This document shows, in pieces, positions 60,211 through 64,000 of a stretch of DNA of 64,000 bases. A program made the translations under genes and the position numbers. Source of the DNA: an uncultured Acidobacteriota bacterium (GTDB taxonomy: Bacteria; Acidobacteriota; Thermoanaerobaculia; Multivoradales; UBA5704); contig OY969474.1 in the NCBI GenBank assembly GCA_963700145.1, forward strand, positions 3,296,001-3,360,000, read 5' to 3'. How positions within the stretch are numbered: position 1 is the stretch's first letter; the number at the start of each line of letters is the position of its first letter. The notes under the pieces are model-generated. The model searched no databases. It saw only the letters and a list, made by a program, of their open reading frames with translations, and had not been told where the DNA came from.

Positions 60211-63200
60211 ATGGCGACCACGCTGGCCCCTCCCGGTTGCTTGTTGACCGACGTCCTGCGCAGACGGGCCGCGGAGCGTCCGGGGGGGCAGGCCTTCACC
60301 TTCCTCGACCCGGCCGGCACCGAGGTCGAGACCCTGACCTGGGGTGGGCTGGACGAGCGGGTGCGGGCCGTCGCCGCCGCCCTCCAGGAGGCGGGTGCCC
60401 CGGGTGAGCGGGCCCTGCTCCTGTTCCCCCCCGGCCTCGACTTCGTCGCCGCGTTCCTGGGATGCCTCTTCGCCGGGACGGTCGCGGTCCCCGCCTATCC
60501 CCCGGGGCGTCACCGCCCGTCGGCGCGGCTCCGCTCGATCGCCGCCGATGCCCGCGCGCGGGTGGTCTTGGCACCGGACGGCCTCGCGGCGGGAGCGGCG
60601 GCGCTGGTGGAGAAGGTGCCGGAGCTCGAGGGGGCGCGGTGGATCGCCACCGACACGCTCGACCCGCTCCTCGCGGCGAGATGGCGGGAGAACGCGCCGG
60701 CCGCGGAGGATCCGGCCTTCCTCCAGTACACCTCGGGCTCCACCTCCGAGCCCAAGGGGGTGGTGGTCACGCACGGGAGCCTGCTCGACAACGAGGAGGC
60801 CATCCGCCGCGCCTTCCGGCAGTCGGAGGCCTCGGTGGTCGTGGGGTGGCTCCCGCTCTACCACGACATGGGGTTGATCGGGAACGTGCTCCAGCCGCTC
60901 TACTCGGGAGGGCGCGCGGTCCTGATGTCGCCCCTTGCCTTCCTGCAGCGGCCGGCGCTCTGGCTGGAGGCGATCTCCCGCTACCGGGCGACGACGAGCG
61001 GCGGACCCAACTTCGCCTACGACCTGTGCGCGCGGAAGGTCGGCGAGGAGGAGAAGGCGGGGCTCGACCTCTCCGGCTGGACGCTCGCCTTCAACGGCGC
61101 CGAGCCGGTGCGGGCCGAGACGATGGAGCGGTTCGCGGCGGCCTTCGCCGCCTGCGGTTTCCGGCGCCAGGCCTTCTACCCCTGTTACGGCCTGGCCGAA
61201 GCGACCCTCTTCGTCTCCGGCGGCACGCCCGGGGAGCCGCCGGTGGTCCGCTCGTTCGCTGTCGCGGAGCTCGAGCGGCACCAGGCCGTGCCCGTGCCGG
61301 CGGACGCGCCGGACGGCCGCCGGGTCGTCGGCTGCGGCCGCGCCGCCTCCGGGCAGACGGTGGCGGTCGTTGATCCCGAGGCCCGCACCCTCCGGGCGTC
61401 CGGCCGCGTGGGGGAGATCTGGGTGTCGGGGCCGAGCGTGGCGGCCGGCTACTGGCAACGGCCCGAGGAGACCGAGCGCACCTTCCGGGCCCGGCTCGCG
61501 GACGATCCCGGCGCCGGCCCCTTCCTACGCACGGGCGACCTCGGGTTCCTCGCCGACGGCGAGCTCTTCGTCACCGGCCGCTCGAAGGACCTCATCATCC
61601 TGCGCGGCCGCAACCACTACCCGCAAGACCTGGAGCTGACCGCCGAGGGCGCTCATCCGGCGCTCCGCCCCGGGTGCGGCGCCGCGTTCTCGATCGAGCG
61701 GGAGGGGGAGGAGCGGCTGGTGGTCCTGCAGGAGATCGAGCGCGCGGCCGCGGCCGGCGCGCCGGCGGTCGCCGAGGCGATCCGCCGGGCGGTGGCGGAG
61801 GAACACGAGGTGGCGGTCGAGGAGGTCGTCCTCCTGCGCGCCGGCACGATCCTCAAAACCTCCAGCGGCAAGCTCCGCCGCGCCGCCTGCCGGGCGGCGT
61901 ACCTCGCGGGCGAGCTGGCGGTGGTGGCGCGGACGGGTGGGCAGGAGCCCCCGCCGCCCGCGGACGCCGCGGCGGAGGAGCCGCTCACCGCGGTGCTGGC
62001 CGCCGAGGCCCGCCGCGTGCTGCGCCGCGAGGTGGTCGACCCCGACCTCCCCCTCACCTCCCTCGGGCTGGACTCTCTCGCCGCCGCCGAGCTGCGCAGC
62101 GCGGTCGCGGCGCGAACGGGGGTGGAGGTCCCACTGACGCTCCTGCTGGAAGGGGCCAGCCTCCGGGCGCTGGCCGCGGAAGCGCGGATCGCGGACGCCC
62201 TTCCCGCCTTCGCGGCGGAGCCGGACGCGCCCGGCGAGCACCCGCTCTCGGAGGGGCAGCGAGCGCTCTGGTTCGTGGACCGCTTGAGCCCCGCGGCCGC
62301 CGCCCTCAACCTGGCCGGGGCGGCCCGGGTGCGGGGCGGGCTCGACACCGCCGCCCTGCGCCGCGCCCTCCTGCTCCTCGCCGAACGCCATCCGGCGCTG
62401 CGGACCACCTTCGAGGCGCGCGACGGCGAGCCGGTCCGGCGGGTCCACGCCCGCCTGGAGCCGGATTTCGCGACCGGGACGGCCGAGGAGGCCGCACTTC
62501 CTGAGCTCCTGGCGGCGGAGGCGTACCGCCCCTTCGACCTCGAGCGGGGGCCTCTCCTGCGCGTCCGCGCCTGGACCTTGCCCGGGGAGGGGACCGCGCT
62601 CCTCCTGGCCGTCCACCACCTGGTCATGGACTTCGCGTCGGCGGCGGTCCTGCTGCGCGACCTCGCGCGGCTCTACGCGCAGGAGCGCGGGGGCCCACCG
62701 GCCCGGCTCGCACCGCCCGGCCCCGGCTACACCGACTGGATACGCCGCCAGGAGGCGGCCCTCGCCGGCCGGCGGGGCGAGCTTCTCAGCGTCTTCTGGC
62801 ACGAGCGTCTGGCGGGGGACCTTCCCGTCCTCGACCTGCCGGCCGACCGCCCCCGCCCCGCCGCCCGGAGCTGGCGCGGCCACCTCCACACGCTGCGGCT
62901 CGAGGACGGCGCGGAAGCTCTCCACGCCGTCGCCCGCTCGCGCGGCGTCACTCTCTACGCAGCGCTCCTGGCAGGGCTCCAGGCCGTCCTCCACCGCTGG
63001 ACCGGTCAGACCGAAGCCCTGGTCGGCGCGCCCGCGGCCTGGCGCGGCGCGGCCGAGCTGGACGACGAGGTGGGCTACTTCGTGAACCCGGTGGCGCTGC
63101 GCCTCGGCATCGCCGGCGAGCCCTCCTTCGCCGAGCTCGCGGCGCGGGCGGGAGCGGTCGCCGCCGCAGCCTTCGCGCACGGCGACGCCCCGTTCCCCTG

Positions 63201-64000
63201 GCTCGCCCGGGAGCTGCGCCTCGACCGCGACGCCGGCCGCTCGGTCCTGCGCGCCATGCTCGTCCTCCAGCCGGGGAGGACCCTGGAGGAGCGCGCCCTC
63301 GCGCCCTTCGCGCTGGGAGAGGGGGGAGCGCGGGCGGACCTCGGCGGCCTGGCGCTCGAGTCGCTCCCCCTGCCCGAGATCCGGGCCCAGTTCGACCTCC
63401 TGCTGATGGCGGCCGAGACCGGCGACGGCGGGCTCGCTCTCTCGCTGCAGCTCGACGCCGACCTCTTCGACCCGGCGACCGGCGCGCGGCTCCTGGGGCA
63501 CCTCGGGAGCTTCTTAGGCGCGGCGGCGGCCGCGCCCGAGAAGCCGGCGGTCGAGATCGAGATCCTCTCCGCGGCCGAGCGCCGGCAGCTCGCGGCGTGG
63601 AGCGCCGGGCCCCTGGCGCCGCCGGCCGGCGTCTGCCTGCACGAGCTCATCGCGGAGCAGGCGGCGCGCACGCCCGCGGCCACGGCCCTGGTGCACGGCG
63701 ACGACCGGCTGACGTACCGGGAGCTCCGCGAGCGGATCGAGCGCCTGGCCGGGCGGCTGCGCGGCCTGGGCGTCGGCCCGGAGGTGCGAGTCGGGATCTG
63801 CGCCCGCCGCACGCCGGAGATGGTCGTGGGCCTGCTAGCGATCCTGGAGGCGGGCGGCGCCTACGTGCCTCTCGACCCCGCCTACCCGGTCGAGCGGCTG
63901 GCCTATCTCCTGGCGGACTCGGAAGCGGCGTTCCTCCTCGTGGACGAGGCGGCGGAAGGGAGGCTCCCCGCGACCGACCTGCCGCGGCTGCGGCTCGATC
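60211..64000 (+). CDS. NRPS, FAAL-T-C-A (partial, runs off the window)
   Basis: FLQYTSGSTSEPKG, WLPLYHDMGLIG, YGLAEATL (FAAL); LGLDSL (T); HHLVMD (C); LTYREL, GGAYVPLDPAYP (A); absent from the ORF track because no stop in the window. Confidence 0.93.
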   Translation, partial: MATTLAPPGCLLTDVLRRRAAERPGGQAFTFLDPAGTEVETLTWGGLDERVRAVAAALQEAGAPGERALLLFPPGLDFVAAFLGCLFAGTVAVPAYPPGRHRPSARLRSIAADARARVVLAPDGLAAGAAALVEKVPELEGARWIATDTLDPLLAARWRENAPAAEDPAFLQYTSGSTSEPKGVVVTHGSLLDNEEAIRRAFRQSEASVVVGWLPLYHDMGLIGNVLQPLYSGGRAVLMSPLAFLQRPALWLEAISRYRATTSGGPNFAYDLCARKVGEEEKAGLDLSGWTLAFNGAEPVRAETMERFAAAFAACGFRRQAFYPCYGLAEATLFVSGGTPGEPPVVRSFAVAELERHQAVPVPADAPDGRRVVGCGRAASGQTVAVVDPEARTLRASGRVGEIWVSGPSVAAGYWQRPEETERTFRARLADDPGAGPFLRTGDLGFLADGELFVTGRSKDLIILRGRNHYPQDLELTAEGAHPALRPGCGAAFSIEREGEERLVVLQEIERAAAAGAPAVAEAIRRAVAEEHEVAVEEVVLLRAGTILKTSSGKLRRAACRAAYLAGELAVVARTGGQEPPPPADAAAEEPLTAVLAAEARRVLRREVVDPDLPLTSLGLDSLAAAELRSAVAARTGVEVPLTLLLEGASLRALAAEARIADALPAFAAEPDAPGEHPLSEGQRALWFVDRLSPAAAALNLAGAARVRGGLDTAALRRALLLLAERHPALRTTFEARDGEPVRRVHARLEPDFATGTAEEAALPELLAAEAYRPFDLERGPLLRVRAWTLPGEGTALLLAVHHLVMDFASAAVLLRDLARLYAQERGGPPARLAPPGPGYTDWIRRQEAALAGRRGELLSVFWHERLAGDLPVLDLPADRPRPAARSWRGHLHTLRLEDGAEALHAVARSRGVTLYAALLAGLQAVLHRWTGQTEALVGAPAAWRGAAELDDEVGYFVNPVALRLGIAGEPSFAELAARAGAVAAAAFAHGDAPFPWLARELRLDRDAGRSVLRAMLVLQPGRTLEERALAPFALGEGGARADLGGLALESLPLPEIRAQFDLLLMAAETGDGGLALSLQLDADLFDPATGARLLGHLGSFLGAAAAAPEKPAVEIEILSAAERRQLAAWSAGPLAPPAGVCLHELIAEQAARTPAATALVHGDDRLTYRELRERIERLAGRLRGLGVGPEVRVGICARRTPEMVVGLLAILEAGGAYVPLDPAYPVERLAYLLADSEAAFLLVDEAAEGRLPATDLPRLRLD

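Noticed and set aside
61525-63812. Minus-strand ORFs over the NRPS
   Set aside because: Shadows; the + frame from 60211 carries all FAAL/T/C/A motifs.

Overview
Very GC-rich DNA from a diderm bacterium (TonB-dependent receptor present). Gene style suggests Acidobacteriota/Thermoanaerobaculia, which is an inference. Layout: (i) 1-9570 is an accessory region with a SymE-like gene, a lower-GC HEPN + PD-(D/E)xK nuclease pair, an intact IS5 with CTAG duplication, several intact or decayed TA modules and an unexplained 3-gene fibre/annexin-like operon. (ii) 9571-24494 holds core-like genes (NYN, OPT, GT-C, DUF1573, mpl, SET, ftcD, TPR, RDD, GGDEF). (iii) 24495-31851 is a variable site after atpC. 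It contains a duplicated foreign atpC/neighbour-gene junction, TA remnants and a 4261-bp IS1595-family element with 8 passenger ORFs inserted in a PKD-domain secreted protein gene. (iv) 31852-39438 is a full F1Fo ATP synthase operon with unusual alpha, epsilon and c subunits. (v) 39439-55331 has metabolic genes, a 21-bp-phased motif lattice, a covarying two-hairpin repeat, a B12 riboswitch with btu operon, and MazEF. (vi) 55344-64000 is the start of a lipopeptide NRPS cluster with FkbKJIH-type extender genes. No rRNA, tRNA or CRISPR array was seen. All family calls come from motif recognition by eye, not database searches.
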